Shown here one piece after another: positions 1-13,100 of a DNA stretch of 64,000 nt (positions within the stretch are counted from its first letter, which is position 1; the number at the start of each line of letters is the position of its first letter). The notes beneath the pieces are model-generated. The model did no database searches and was not told where the DNA came from. It saw only the letters and a program-made list of their open reading frames with translations. The translations under genes and the position numbers were made by a program. The DNA comes from Blasia pusilla (lineage: Eukaryota). The DNA lies in the NCBI GenBank assembly GCA_050084515.1, contig CM114271.1, positions 23,250,001 to 23,314,000 on the forward strand, read 5' to 3'.

Positions 1-1757
1 AGACCGCCGCTACTCTTTTTGCCTTCACTCCTTTGTCACATCTGAGTAGCCGATAGGCCGAGATCTATCGTGGATAGGGCGTAGGAGCTAGCGGACTATC
101 TTGAGTGCAACTTTGTCCCACAGTGTCGGATGAGGTTGAGGATAGGTCCATTGTGTCAGAACGCGTCGTTTCGGCGACTTTCATGTTGAGGTCTTTTACA
201 GTACCGGGTGACTTGTGGACAGGTCACTGCCCCTGGTAACTGTCTTGCTTGAGTTACCAAGGAAGGGCTATTTTAGGGAAGAGCCTTTTGGCTCTTCCCA
301 ACCTATATAAGAGAGGAAGATGGCTTTCCTAAGCCATCTTTCTCATGTTGGGCCGTTGGAGCACCTCCCTTGTATGTGTGTGAGCTAGGACTAGGGTGCT
401 AGCGTCCGGATTCCTTGATAGCACAGGGTGGACGAGGCTCGATATGCCGATGTAGATTGAGGAGTGGAGTTTTAGGCCGGGTGTGCCGTTTTTACTACTC
501 GTTATTTTTACATGAGAAAGATGTTAGGGGGCTGGTGGGAATTCTTTGTTTGCAGGTAGGCAAACGAGTTGCCTTGGTCGGGAGCCCCTGGAGACGTGTG
601 TGTGACGTTGTGTGTCATTTTTTCTGTTCGGAAGGCCGTGGGCGGAAGCGCTGTCCATTTTTCTCAGATTTTTCTGGTGAGGATTGATGGGGGACAACAG
701 CCAAGTGTAGCGTGTGGTGGGGCGTCGGGTGTACGCAAGTAAGGGTGTCGAGAGAGAAGGAAAGGGCAGGTTTGGGTCTTGCAGCCGCAGGGGGCTGTCA
801 AGTAAAGACGGCTAGGTTAGGTCGCAAAGTTTAGGGTTAGGGCGCGGACGGCTGGGCGCGGACGGGCTGGGCGCGTGACGGCGTGATGGGCGCGTGGCAG
901 GGCGCGGACGCCTCCCCCTGCATTTAGGGCCCAAGGGGCCCGCATAGGGCCGCGGTCCAAGTTTTTTCCCCCTCTCCGACGTGGTAGCACCGACCATAGT
1001 CGGTCGGACGATTAGCTTGTCGATACGTGGTTGGCAGGACAGACGAGGTTAGTCGGACGAACGTGAGTTGAGATTTTCCGGACATGAGTGGGAGCCGACC
1101 AGGCTTAGTTACGTTACATACCGCGCGTGGGGATAGACAGAGGGGTTTGCGCGACATGATGTTTTGGGGTGCGACAGGGTTGCGAGAGTTTACGATGGAG
1201 GGGCAGTGTGCATGATGCCGACGGGTTGTCGCATCTGTTGACGGGAGGATCGACGTGTTGGTCGAGGGGAGTGTTATGTGGCGGAGATTTTCATATCATG
1301 TGGAGGAGTGCATATTGACGGTGAAGCAGGCTGGAGGGCGTAATCAGGTTACCCTTTCGAGTCCCTTTTCCCGCACTTGTTGTGTGTGATTGAGAGTGCT
1401 GGGTATCGGGTAGTAGCTGGTGCTAGATGGGTGCAATGATGGTGACGAGTGTAGATTCTTTTCATGTGTAGCATGTTGGTGGATATACGGCGGTTGCCAA
1501 GTAGGGGTCGCGTGTATGACCCGAGAGAGTGTCGCTAGGTTAGATGAGTCAGTTGGGAGGCTCATGGTGAGCCCGAGTGTTGAGCGTGCGTGATGCCGGG
1601 TATGTCATCACGGGATTGACGTTAGCATAGGTGAGCTAGTGAGGTGTGTGGGAGACTCTCGGTGAGTCTGAGTGCTTGAGCGGGTGAGACAGGGTTTGTC
1701 ATCACGGCGTTCTTCCAGGGTTCGGAAGAACGGGGTAGTGCGAGCAGTGGTAGTGGT

Positions 1758-3560
1758 GTGACATGGAGTGGAGTGAGATACCGAGGGGTTACTAGTGAGG
1801 AGCTCCCTCGACATCCATCCGTGACTGGATCGACATCACTGGACACTGGGTCTGGTGACGAGATCACCGACAGAGACAGTAGTACTTGGCAGGAGATGGA
1901 CGACATGGGCCATCGGGGCATGCGTCGTTTCTCGGGTGCTGTGGGCACCATCGACTTACATGATTTCATCCAGGAGTTCGACACATGGTGCGACTTCCAG
2001 GAGATACGGACCTCGACACGGTTCAACCCTTTCATGGCATGGAAGGGGTTGTTCCAGCATTTGGAGGGTCCTCCGATGGATGACTACATGGAGTTTCGAT
2101 CACTATATTCAGTAGAGAGATCGATGCCAATTTTATGAGGATGTATTGGGCTCCAGGGTATGTGTCCACTAGTGGTCGCGAGGCATATGATGGGATTGTG
2201 AGAGGAGAGAGACCCACACCATCAGCCTGGAGACTAGATGGAGAGGAGGGCAGTGAGACAAGCGATGTGGCGAGAGACCCTCGGTGGTAGAGGGCCACCC
2301 AACTTCAGCCCCAAAGTGGAGTTCTTCCGGCGGTTGGGGAAGAGCTACAGGCGTCACTGACCGACAAGTGAAGAGTCTCAGGATTTTCAGCGGCGATCGG
2401 GTGAGAGTCGAGAGAGGCCTTCACACGCATGAGGAGGCTGATCATTGCTACGTTTGGAGGATCGAGGCGCGATCGGTCCGATTGGTCTGGGTTCGGACCG
2501 AGAACTACGGAGGAGAGTCCGAGATGCGGCTTTGATTCACTCGGTGAAGCCCACATTGAAGGTGGTCTTTGAGTTGTCGGCGTATTGAGCTCAACATGAG
2601 TGAGAGCGGTAGTGACCGCTGGATTTTCTCGAGAGCAGACGGGTCCACGAGCGGCGGTGACCCACAGTGCCACACAAAGCACGAGCACCCATTCATGGAG
2701 CGGGCAGTGTGCCTAGAGAGCAGGGCGGGTACCGTGAGCCTATGAGGCAACGACCCACACCTACATATATTGCCCAGCAGGGACCGATGTGGTCTTGTTG
2801 GACGTGTGGAGGGGCCCATAGGCAGAGAGATTGCCCACAGCATGGGAGAGGACCACCAGCACCTCCGATTGCTCAGGAGCCACAGAGGATGGCCCCACCT
2901 GACACAGTGTGACCATTGCCCACAGATATGGTCACACTAGGGATAGATGTTTTGACCTTCGCCGAGGGGCACGTCTAGAGGTAGGCCGAGGGCCTGGGGG
3001 CGGTCGTCCTGGAGGAGGTCGGGGAGTTCTTCTTGGACGTGGTGGTAGAGGACCACCACCAGCCAGGGGAGATGGAGCAGGAGCACCAAAGCCGGCGCTT
3101 CTCTCACGCATCGATCAGTTGGAGCAGAGCATTGCTGCCATGACGATGATGCAGCTTAGGGAAGGCACGGAGCTGCGGCGGCTAGTGTGACTCGATATCT
3201 ACCTCTTACCCCGACCGGGTGAGGATCTCTCAATATGGGATTCATGTGTAGTGCGGCCCAGTTGAGGCAAATGCGATGGTGACTTGGGGTGCTGCGAGAG
3301 GCACCGAGCCATCGAGAGGTGGAGTTGAGATTGACCCACCAGAGGGGACCGATGGGCGGCAAGCCAGGGTTCCACAGTCGTTCACATTGTCGGAGGCACT
3401 ACACACACCATCGATGGTGCCTCGACGACCAGCGGTGCCTACAATTCAGGAACCTACGTCGACGTCACGAGGAGTTGGAGTGACAACTCCTATGATGGCT
3501 CGAGTGGAGTCAATGTCGACTATAGTGTTGGAGGTGGCCACTAGAGTGAGTTAGACTCCG
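1758..3560 (+). pseudogene. gag of copy 1 (frameshifted), two CCHC zinc knuckles
   Basis: RFSG...LHDFIQEFDTWC gag-like N-terminus; CWTCGGAHRQRDC at ~2797-2836; second CDHC..YGHTRDRC knuckle at ~2907-2950; RGG-rich tract follows. Confidence 0.8.
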
Positions 3561-4595
3561 CTATTTTCCGCCTTAGAGTTGGCGACGTTGGGAGTTGGAC
3601 CAGCTGAGGTGTTCTGGTTGGCCGCCACGTTGTGTGAGCGTGGAGAGATGACTGCTTCTTGTTCAGAGGTAGTTGAGGAGGTGGTGGACTTGCACTCAGA
3701 GCCGGTGCTTGGGACGTTCCCCACAGAGTCATGGCATGCGGCGGCGGCGAAGTTGGTAGATATGCCAGCTCGACCGGCCATAGAGCGGCGATGGTGACAC
3801 ACTGGAGTAGTGTTCTTTGGATAACCGAGTGAGTATTTCGCTTGGTTAGTCCGACGGGGACAGTATACCACCCGCAGCGCATCCTACTTGATTCAGGAGC
3901 GCAACCCTTGATGTTAGGGAAGGCGGCGTGTTTAGCGTTGGGGTTACGGAAGGCCGACATTGAGCCTTGTCCCTTCCAGATCTGAGACCTCGATTGGGCG
4001 TATCACCCACTCGATATATGACTCGACAGAGATTGTTCTCGAGTCCAACCGAGCATCGACGGATAGTGCTATGGTGCGACACGCGTGCGATTACGACACC
4101 AGGTGAGTGAGTAAATGCGATGTGTTGGTGGGGGAGTCTGGTGTTATATCCCCTAGGATTCATCCTTGACTTCTGGGAGGAGACCATTGCTTATCGGCCA
4201 GGATGGCGGTCAGGTGACGGCCGGATGAGTCAGTTACCCGTGCAGTTTGCGGGACGAGGTGGTCGATCACGAGGCGAGTCTATGACCATGTTGGCGGCTT
4301 TCACGGTAGTGTTATCGGCCAGGAGAATTGTTGGGGGAACACATGCGGAGGATGTCCCGATGGCGGATAGTCCCACGGAGAGACAGGCCATGGCGGGTGT
4401 CTCTTCCCATGTTAGCGATGCCTCTTCACCATTATGAAGTGCGACTCGAGAGCTCAGAGGAGTGCCGGCGACCTCGTGAGGCGGCGTGGAGTCATGTTTT
4501 ATCCCGAGCAGCGAGAGTCACGTGGCAATCGGGCTATTGGAGTGGAGACGATGACCCCACTAGATACCACACCTGTTGTGTGGCAGTGCCTAGAG

Positions 4596-5540
4596 GAGGG
4601 TGTTAGGGTGTTAGATCTCTTCGGAGGGATTAGCACCGGATTGGCGGCCATATTGCAGGCGAGCATACGGGTGCATAGTACCTTTTGTGGAGAGAGATGA
4701 GACTGCGGCGAGTATCACTACGTCACGTGGCGAGATTGGTCAGTAGGTATCCTAAGTTGTTGTCGGTATCTGCAGCACGGGGATACCAACATACGCTACC
4801 CGCCAACATATCTTTGGTGGGGGCGCAGGATCTGGATAGAGTTGGCACCATTCATTTGGTGATTCTTTGGATGGCCATGTCGGGTCATTCATCGGTTGGC
4901 CGAGGATTTGGATTGCGAGGATCCGAGGTCGGGGATGTTTTGGGAGATCTTTGCAAGTAGTACGACACTTGCGGAAGAGTCGATATGTTCTCCAAAGATA
5001 CATTTTGGAGAACGTGCCGTTGTTGGGAGATACTCGTGCACGTGTGATGACGAGTGTACATCGTGAGTCCTGGTTGGGACTGCTTTGTGTTGTTAGATGC
5101 GGCGAGAGTTGGGTCACGTGCCCATCGTCCCACGATTGTGGTGGGCGAACCGATACCATCGAGGTACCGAGTCGAGCCTACGGTGGAGTCCAGAGAGCAC
5201 CACATCTCACAGTGGATGCTATTTTGGACTCAGGGCGTCGATCTCAGGTGGTGACACGCGATGATAGACCAACGTTGGCCACGGCCAATAGGGTGGGGGA
5301 GTTGAGGGCAGCCTTACCTACGTTGATGAGCTTCCCAGCATCCCATGCCTTTCGTCAGGGAGGTCCACGCATGATTTGGGATGAAGTGACCGGAGTATTG
5401 GAGGAGCCTACAGCAGATGAGCGTGAGCGCGCCATGGGGTTCACTACTAGTACTACGGCGGTGTCAAGGATGACTGAGGCATCACGGAGACTGGTGTTGG
5501 GGCAGGCGATGGACCTCAATTGTCTCACATGGATATTCAG
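4596..5540 (+). pseudogene. DNMT3-like C5 cytosine methyltransferase domain of copy 1 (frameshifted)
   Basis: Motifs across frames: VRVLDLFGGISTG (I), GWPC at 4869-4880 (IV), YILENVP (VI), GSRAHRP (VIII), ERERAMGF (IX), LGQAMD (X). Confidence 0.9.
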
Positions 5541-6803
5541 CCTAGGTATGGCTGAGCAGAGACGGATGCGAGTGTCATCCATGCCGTCACGTCCACGAGT
5601 TGGACCACGCCATGTGGTGCATGACCGGCATTGGGGGCGAGACGAGGAGAGATAGGCACCCATGGACTTCCTGGGACGTCGTTTGAGCAGAGAGTGCGAA
5701 GGCGGCTAGAGTAGCACATGTTCATTTTTCGGATGTGGAGCATGGTATAGGAGGTCAGAGTGGAGTGGTTGTGGCGGAAGTGGCTAGGGTTGCTACATAG
5801 CAACCAAAGCCGGAGGTTGCGTCCTCTCCGAGTGAGGTCACGATGGAGACTTGGGAGCGTGTGATAGGTCTCAAGTTGACAGGAGGAGAGCGACGGCGAG
5901 TTCATAGGTTTCTGAGAGGGCATGTCAGTTGTTTTGCCTTCAGTATGAGAGACTTGGGTACGCTGAAGGGTCCCGGGATACGGATTGAGTTGGCTAGTGA
6001 TACGCCGATCTTTCGTCGACCCTACAGGTATTCTGATATGGAACGAACCTTGATTCATAGCAGGAGTCAGGACTTGTTGGAGGCAGGACTTGTGGAGTTA
6101 TCACATGGGGAGTATGCATGTGCCACAATCATGCTGGCAAAGAAGGATATGTATGGCAATTGGACGGATAGACGGATGTGTGGAGATTACCGTCCTATCA
6201 ATCGACAGACGAGGTCAGATCAGTATGCCATGCCTACTCCTGAGGAGATCTTTGATGCGGTAGGGCATGCAAAGATCTTCAGTACTTTAGATCTCCGTGT
6301 TGGCTATCATCAGCTTCCTATCAGGTTGGAGGACTGGGAGAAACGACGATGCGGGGATAGATCGGTTCGGGAGAGATTGCTTGTATCGATGGCGGTTCTT
6401 ACCATTTGGGTTGAAGAACGCGCTGCGGAGTTTCAGTGAGTGATGGATAGGATTCGGCTGGCTTGGATTTTTGTGCGATGTTACATAGATGATATTCTTA
6501 TCTTGATTCCACGGTTGAGGAGCATGAGCGACACTTGGAGGAGGTGTTTGGCGATTGCGTTACATGGACTGAAGTTACATCGAAAAAGTGCAGATTCTTT
6601 GAAATGCATTGAGTACTTGGGACACACCATATACCCAAGTGGGTTAGGCGTTCAAAGATCTGAAGGTAGAGGCATTGCAGATTCCACGCCCTACAGATGT
6701 GAGTCGAGTCCGAGCATTTTTTGGACTGGCGAACTTCTATCGACTGTATGTCAAGGGTTTTAGTGCGATCGCAAAGTCTTTGACCTTGTTGACGAGACTT
6801 GAT

Positions 6804-7211
6804 TATTGGATTCTCAACATCCACTCCTCTGAGCACCATTGATTTGATCGGCCCCCTTGTATGAGGAGAAGCCTAGATCGATGGTTCCAACTTAGACGTC
6901 GAAGGAGTCATAGTAATATGACGTAGGTGGTTTACGGAGTAGCGTTACTAGGTTTATCTAACCCTATATTGCATCAGAGTGCGGCAATTTTTTCTATTAA
7001 TAGAAACGAAGAAAAATAGGTTAAAACCCTAGTTTTCCCGAGTAGTCAAATAGTCGGGAGCCGCAGCGGTAGCGCATTCTCGTATGTCGAGTTATCTCCC
7101 AATTCAGGTTCCATCGAAGCTCTTCTGTGAGCGCACGGACGGACTAGGCCACTTTGTATCTCTAAGTTTTGTAAAGATTTAAGTGATTTCGTCACTTTCT
7201 GTTTTCTCACA
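6804..7211 (+). mobile_element. Solo LTR (copia-type) inserted between RT and RNase H of copy 1
   Basis: T(A)TTGGATTCTC...TCTCACA flanked by 5-bp TSD TTGAT (6799-6803 and 7212-7216). Homologous copies at 33214-33614 and 62853-62972 read TGTTGG at that end. Confidence 0.9.
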
Positions 7212-7251
7212 TTGATCAGGTGTGGTTGTGGGGAGATGATCAGGAGCAAGC

Positions 7252-7417
7252 ATTTCAGGAGCTCAAGGACATGTTGACGTCCTCACCCATTTTACAGAGA
7301 CCGGTTAGGGGTCGCCCATTCCAGTTACATACGGATTTCAGGAGCTCAAGGACAGGTTGACGTCCTCACCCATTTTACAGAGACCGGTTAGGGGTCGCCC
7401 ATTCCAGTTACATACAT
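7252..7417 (+). repeat. 83-bp tandem duplication inside pol of copy 1
   Basis: ATTTCAGGAGCTCAAGGAC...CCAGTTACATAC occurs at 7252 and again at 7335. Confidence 0.9.
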
Positions 7418-8149
7418 TGGAGCATGTTGGGTCTAGGAGCAGTGCTTACTCAGAGGGATGACAAGGAGAGGGAGTTCGTTGTGGCTTACGCGAGCCGATC
7501 GAACAACATTGCAGAGGCGAAGTACAGCTTCTACGAGGGAGAGTGCTTGGCTGTAGTGTGGGCCGTGGCACATTTTAGGTGCTATTTATTTGGCAACCCT
7601 TTCACACTTATCACTAATCATCAGCCATTGAGGTGGTTGATGGAGTCCGACAAGCTTACGGGAAAGCTTGCCAGGTGGGCTCTATTACTACAGGAGTATG
7701 AGTTTGAGGTGGTTCATAGGCCAGGTCGGATGAACCAGGATGCGGATGGGTTGAGTCATAACCCATGTCCGAGTCAGAGAGACGACACAGGAGCTCGATG
7801 GCACGGAGAGAATGATGAGGAGATGGTGCCCGTTTGGCATGCATCTACCTATCTTTGTTGGTTGACTATGGCAGGTTAGCCAGAGGTGATGACTCCAGTG
7901 GTGGGGTTGGATGATGAGTCTTTGGATCCGGAGGTCAGTGAGGAGGCGACAGGTGGTTGTGATATCCATGACGACGTGGAGGTTGTGGAGTTCTTGCGCA
8001 CTGGCGTCATAGCGAGCACAGTGAGTGCTAGGGAGCGGGACGGATCCTACAAAGAGCCAAGAGGTTCAGGTGGGAGGGGACTCACATTTTGCGGGTATGG
8101 GGAGATGGTAGGATACGAGTGGTACCTCATCCTTCCCAGCAAGCACGTG

Positions 8150-8874
8150 TAGTGCGACATGCCCATGAGGAGTTGGGACATTTCGGAGTAAAGCGCATTT
8201 TGACTTTTACTCCAGGTTCGTGATTGGTGGCGCGGCATGCATCTTTGGGTACAGCAATTTGTGGCCACATGTATGGTATGTGACAGTGACGAGCATCCTT
8301 CAATGAAGGTTTATTGAAGCATCCTTCAATGATCCCACTGAAGGATTACATCCTTTGCACCCTAAACGATTATGGGTTTAGGTTATCGGTGGAGTTTAGA
8401 CTTTGCGGGACCTTTGCCATTGACAGGGCGTCATCATAGGTACGTGTGGGTCATGGTGGAGCATTTCTCCAAGTGGATAGAGTTGGTGGCACTACCAGAT
8501 AAGGCGAGCGAGGGAACAGCTTATGCAGGCGGCACCCACGACGCTAGATGTCACTGAAAGGCGCACGATCCTACGTGTGCACGAGGTATTACCGACCGGA
8601 GTCCTCATGTTGGAGGGACGGGATGGTATGGTTTGGAAGGATCATTTGCGCAATTGTGCGCCATGTCATCTTCCGAACGTAGATGGGACGGTGGATCCGA
8701 GCTTGGCAGTGGTACCTGCCAGCTGGCTTGAGGTGTATGTTGTGCGGATCTGCGAGGGGTGGAGCCACCATGTTGGTATGTGATGGTTGTTCTCGAGGGT
8801 GGCATATGTCATGTCTGACCCCCCCTCTTGATGTGGTTCCCACGGGACGATGGATGTGTCCGAGATGTGTATAG
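8150..8874 (+). pseudogene. Integrase (core deleted) with C-terminal PHD finger, copy 1
   Basis: HEELGHFG...WW.GM...C..C and SLDFAGP. Relative to copy 2, about 0.5 kb is missing at ~8525. Intact C4HC3 PHD CMLC...CDGC...WH..C...PP...W.CPRC at 8734-8868. Confidence 0.9.
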
Positions 8875-9088
8875 GGTAGTAGGTCATGTCAGAGAGATGT
8901 GATATTTTCTATCTGGAGTTAGGGGGATCCAACTGTCAGCTAGGGGGGCGGTTGTGTGATCTCCATGTATATGTATGAGTTAATTTTTGTACATGTGTGG
9001 ATCAACCCGTGTGTGGGGAAGATTGGTGTTGTGTGGTGTAGATGTGACGAGCGATGTATGTTGTGTAGCGATATGTATGCGCACGACA

Positions 9089-10193
9089 CCTTTCCCTTGC
9101 AACTAGATCGGCAATAGCACTGCCCAACTGGACTCCTTTGTTCAAGGCCCATCTCTGACCTACATACCTCCGTGTAGTTGTACCACCATTTTATCTCACC
9201 ACGATAACATGTCGTACTCCCAGCTATTCTTCCCAACCTTGTCCGAGTTGATCCCATTAAGGTGGGCTTGCACGGCCCCCTACTTACACACCTTCGCCCA
9301 TCTTACCAAACAGGTCACCTCCTAGTGAACTCATCTTCTTTACACCTCTGATGACTTGCTATAGCCACGCCTGAATGGACTCTACCTTTGCCCCCGATGC
9401 TCTCACAACTCTTGCACTCCTCTTACCTAACTCTCCTTGTGACCTCACCCTAGATGGCAACTACAACTCAACTTTAGCCCTCGACAAATGCAATCCCTAA
9501 AATATGTTCCTTTCTCTCTCTTTCCCAAAATTTTAGCATAACACGTTGACACTACTTCCGCACTACTCCCACAAATTCTATAATTTCCCTACGTTAATGG
9601 ACATCAAAAAAACGTGAGAAAAACGCGTAACGCTTCCCTACACAATCTTTTGCAAGAAAAATTGGAAAAATAAATGCACACACGTACCTCTAGGGGCTTC
9701 CTACCACGGCAACCCCACTCTCAAATCTGCACGTGATATCAAGCCACATCCATCCTCCGCTATGAAGGAATCCCGACTCTAGCATTCTAGTTCCTACCGC
9801 ATACTAAGCAAGAGAGGTGCGCCAAAGGCTCAACATAAGAAAGATGGCTTGTACCCTTGTGGCTAACGTCTCTCCCTCTCTTATATCCTTGGAAAGAGAC
9901 AAAAGCTCTTCCCCCCCCAAAAAATAGCCCTCTAAACGATAACCTACGTACATAGGTTATCGGGTGATCCTTGACTCGGTTAACATGTCATCTAGCAAAA
10001 AAATAGCAAAAGAGAGAATTCATCAGAAACGACGCTTCCGAGGCAAGGAACTTGTTGTCAACCTCATCCGATACCTTTAAGACAAAGATACATCCAAACC
10101 CTCCGTTGATCTGTTATCCTGTCAACATGGTAGAAGTCGATATGTCAGCTAAGTAAGATGTGACAATAGACAATAAAAGTAGTTTTTGGTCAT
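9089..10193 (-). mobile_element. Older diverged 5' portion (terminal repeat and leader) related to copy 1, in inverted orientation
   Basis: 9841-9932, 10028-10088 and 10157-10190 align by eye with the reverse complements of 261-340, 111-170 and 1-44. The left boundary is approximate. Confidence 0.7.
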
Positions 10194-13100
10194 AACCAAG
10201 TGCTATGCCCCCGCCAAAAATTGACTCAATGGGATTCTTCTAGTTGAGAAATATACTATGAGACTACATTAAGAAATTAGAATGTATATTCTACCCATTC
10301 CATTCAGTCTTTTTTACAATCTAAAGTTCGTAACTTCCAAAAAACCCTCATCAAAGGACACTAACTTTTCCTTTTCGACCCTAAAGGGAAAAACTGAAAT
10401 GGATAAAAGAGGATGGAAGAACCCCTCCCAAGTACAAGAAGGGGTTGATTGGGAGGAAGTCAAGTGACATGGAGAGCACACCCAAGAAACCTAACTTCAT
10501 CCATAATAAAACAAATATCCACAATATTTATGTGGGAGGGTAACTTCTTGATTTGTAAACACCTATTTGATTGAAATATGATTTTTTTTATCGAATACAA
10601 TTAGAAATTCTTTTCTTTCAATTTTCAGTCAAGATTATTTATTATTAATGGTCCCTTGCACACACTAGTATATTAGCACGGTACCCCTAATAATACCCCT
10701 AATACAGTGTGAGCACAAAAATGCACATCCTAAGGGGAGTTGTTATAAATATTTTTACAAGAGCATTTTGAATTATATAGGAAGAAATGCGTCTCCATTC
10801 ATTCGGTCCCTATTCGCACAAAATCACCATTACACTAAAAATTCTTGGTACTGATTCTTTCTATTAGTGTTGTAAACTCCACTGATGTGTCCTCTAAAAA
10901 TGATAAGACTTTTACCTTTGGCAATTAACTTCCAAGTTCCCACATTCTCTCCTTGGGGGGGTAAATACAATTCAAGTGTCCGTTGACATTTGAATTATTG
11001 ATTGAATAAGAATAGCTTTCTCTATTCTACGAGGGACTAGATTGAACATATATCATTCCTGTCCTTCAACTGCATAATCGAGTCTTGTGCGATGTTTCTC
11101 CATGTTCGTGGGGTGGCTCACGTTCCAGTGGGCAACTTCTCTCACAAACTTTCAGAATCGAAGCTTAAAACTTACACAAGCATGAGTTTCAACACAAACT
11201 TTGAAAATCGACTTGACTCCGAAAATGAAGAAGTGAAGAAATGAAGTTCGTCGTCGTCAAGGGTCATGTGGAGTTGACTACTCTGTGTTGAAAACTTGAA
11301 GCTGGACGGAGGCGACGTGCGTCATTTGAAGGTGACGCTGCCGGGGTATTTATTTCCCTTCGAAATGTGAGTACAGAAAGTCAGATGCTCGAACTCGATG
11401 CGGAGGAATTGTGACACACGTTTCAAGGACGGTATGATTGGCGACGCACTGCTTGTCCCTCCCTTCTCTTCGCTTCGCACACGCAAGGGGAGGATTTTTG
11501 AACGACGTGTTTAAAGTCGAAAGCAAATACATCCTTAGCGTGTCCGGCTCTCGAGAACTACACGTAGCTATGATGTTCGATCCGACGTCAGAGTGGGGAG
11601 AAGCGTCTAAAATTTGGACTTCCGTCTCGTCTCCGGGATCGAAGTCGCACATCCTACAAAGTAAGCGTGACGTTTCTGCCGAATCCTCGACACCGCTCGG
11701 CACGCAGCAAATGGTAAAGCTTCGGGAAATTTTACCTGACGTTCTCACGAACTTGCGAAGGCCTCAAACGATACGCATTTCACGTCTGCGCGCGGATGTT
11801 CGTAGTGCGATCCACCGCTGATCGATCGCAGTCTCATCTTGTGGTGAACGCCATCTCAAGAGTTCCCCTCTGAGAAAATCACCGTCGCCAAGAATTTCGA
11901 TCGATTTCTACCTTCGCTGACAAGCGCGAGTTTTGTCCCCTTCGTGCTGCGTGTGGCCGGTGTTCGTCGGAGCAGGCCGGTCCCGCCGGGGACCGTGGGT
12001 AACTGCTAACCACACGTGAACAAGAGGGATATGTAGCTGATGTGTACGATGCCTATTTGTAGCGACTAGCTTCCGGCAAATGTCCCGCTGCAGTCAGACA
12101 AGCTCGGCGCACCCATCGAACAGTTGTGCAGATGCAGAACGAATTCCTCCGGAGCTGCGCCTCGAACATTGGATTCCGGCCGTTTCAGTCCACATGCCCC
12201 TCACGTTTATGCATCCTAGATTTTGAAAGTTGACCCGTATTCTAATGTTTTCATTTAAAAACATTTACTTTATTAAATTTATCAACTTTTTTAAGTCTTT
12301 TATGTACATGAACATACTCAACTTAGTTTTTGGACAAATGTTTATTTTTTGGATTATTTTCATATCGTTTGTGTTTGAAAATTATGATGTATTATATCTA
12401 TTATGATTTTTACGAAACATGAATGGTGAAAAAGACAAGTGAATGACAATTGATTAACCTTTCGTGGATTCAATATGCATATGATTGATGTTTAAATTAT
12501 AACAGGGAAGAACATTGGAGATCGAGTTTTCAGTCCACGTATCCCATCGATTACTTTCACTTAGGGTTGCCTTTTGATTTACGTAGATTGGAATTCCCTC
12601 TCCGCCCATGAAAGATTAGAATATACTTTAGCATGCATGTATTTTCTCATGACCACTTATATGTGGCATTATCCAACGTAGGACAAAAGAGTTCGATTCA
12701 TATTATAATTGATAATGATACACATTCCAATGAAAAAGGTAATTACATTCGAAATATTGTGTGCAAAAAGATTTTACCATGACACAAAATCAAACTTTGT
12801 TTCACTATTTTGCAGTATTTTCATAATAGAAGATTAAAAAATTTACTAATTTGTTTATACATTTCTATCTATCGTACATTATAGGGGCACCTTACTAGTA
12901 TCCATAAATCGGAAATCCTATTATTAAGTAGGTTAATTCATTTTGAAGATCAATGTATGATTGATATTTCTTAAATTTGTCCATAAAATCAGATCATGAA
13001 GTATTTTCTTAATTTTATTTTATATTTAATCCTCGATTTAATCAAAAATTAAACTGATTGGAAAATTTTTAGAATAGTTTTATTTAAATTTTAATCATAA

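Larger units (their letters stand above)
5843..7879 (+). pseudogene. RT and RNase H of copy 1, interrupted by a solo LTR
   Basis: RMCGDYRPIN, FSTLDLRVGYHQ, CYIDD; RNase H GLGAVLTQ...VAYASR...ECLAVVWAV...KLARWALLLQEYEF...N..ADGLS. Confidence 0.93.
1..9088 (+). mobile_element. Ty3/gypsy-type retrotransposon carrying a DNMT3-like methyltransferase and PHD finger (copy 1; decayed, 5' end at or just before the window start)
   Basis: Colinear remnants of gag (CCHC knuckles), protease (LLDSGAQP ~3890), C5-MTase motifs, RT (CYIDD ~6480), RNase H, integrase HHCC and PHD. PPT CTAGGGGGGCG at 8940-8950 is followed by a terminal segment ending GCGCACGACA at 9088, the same end as copy 2. Confidence 0.92.
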
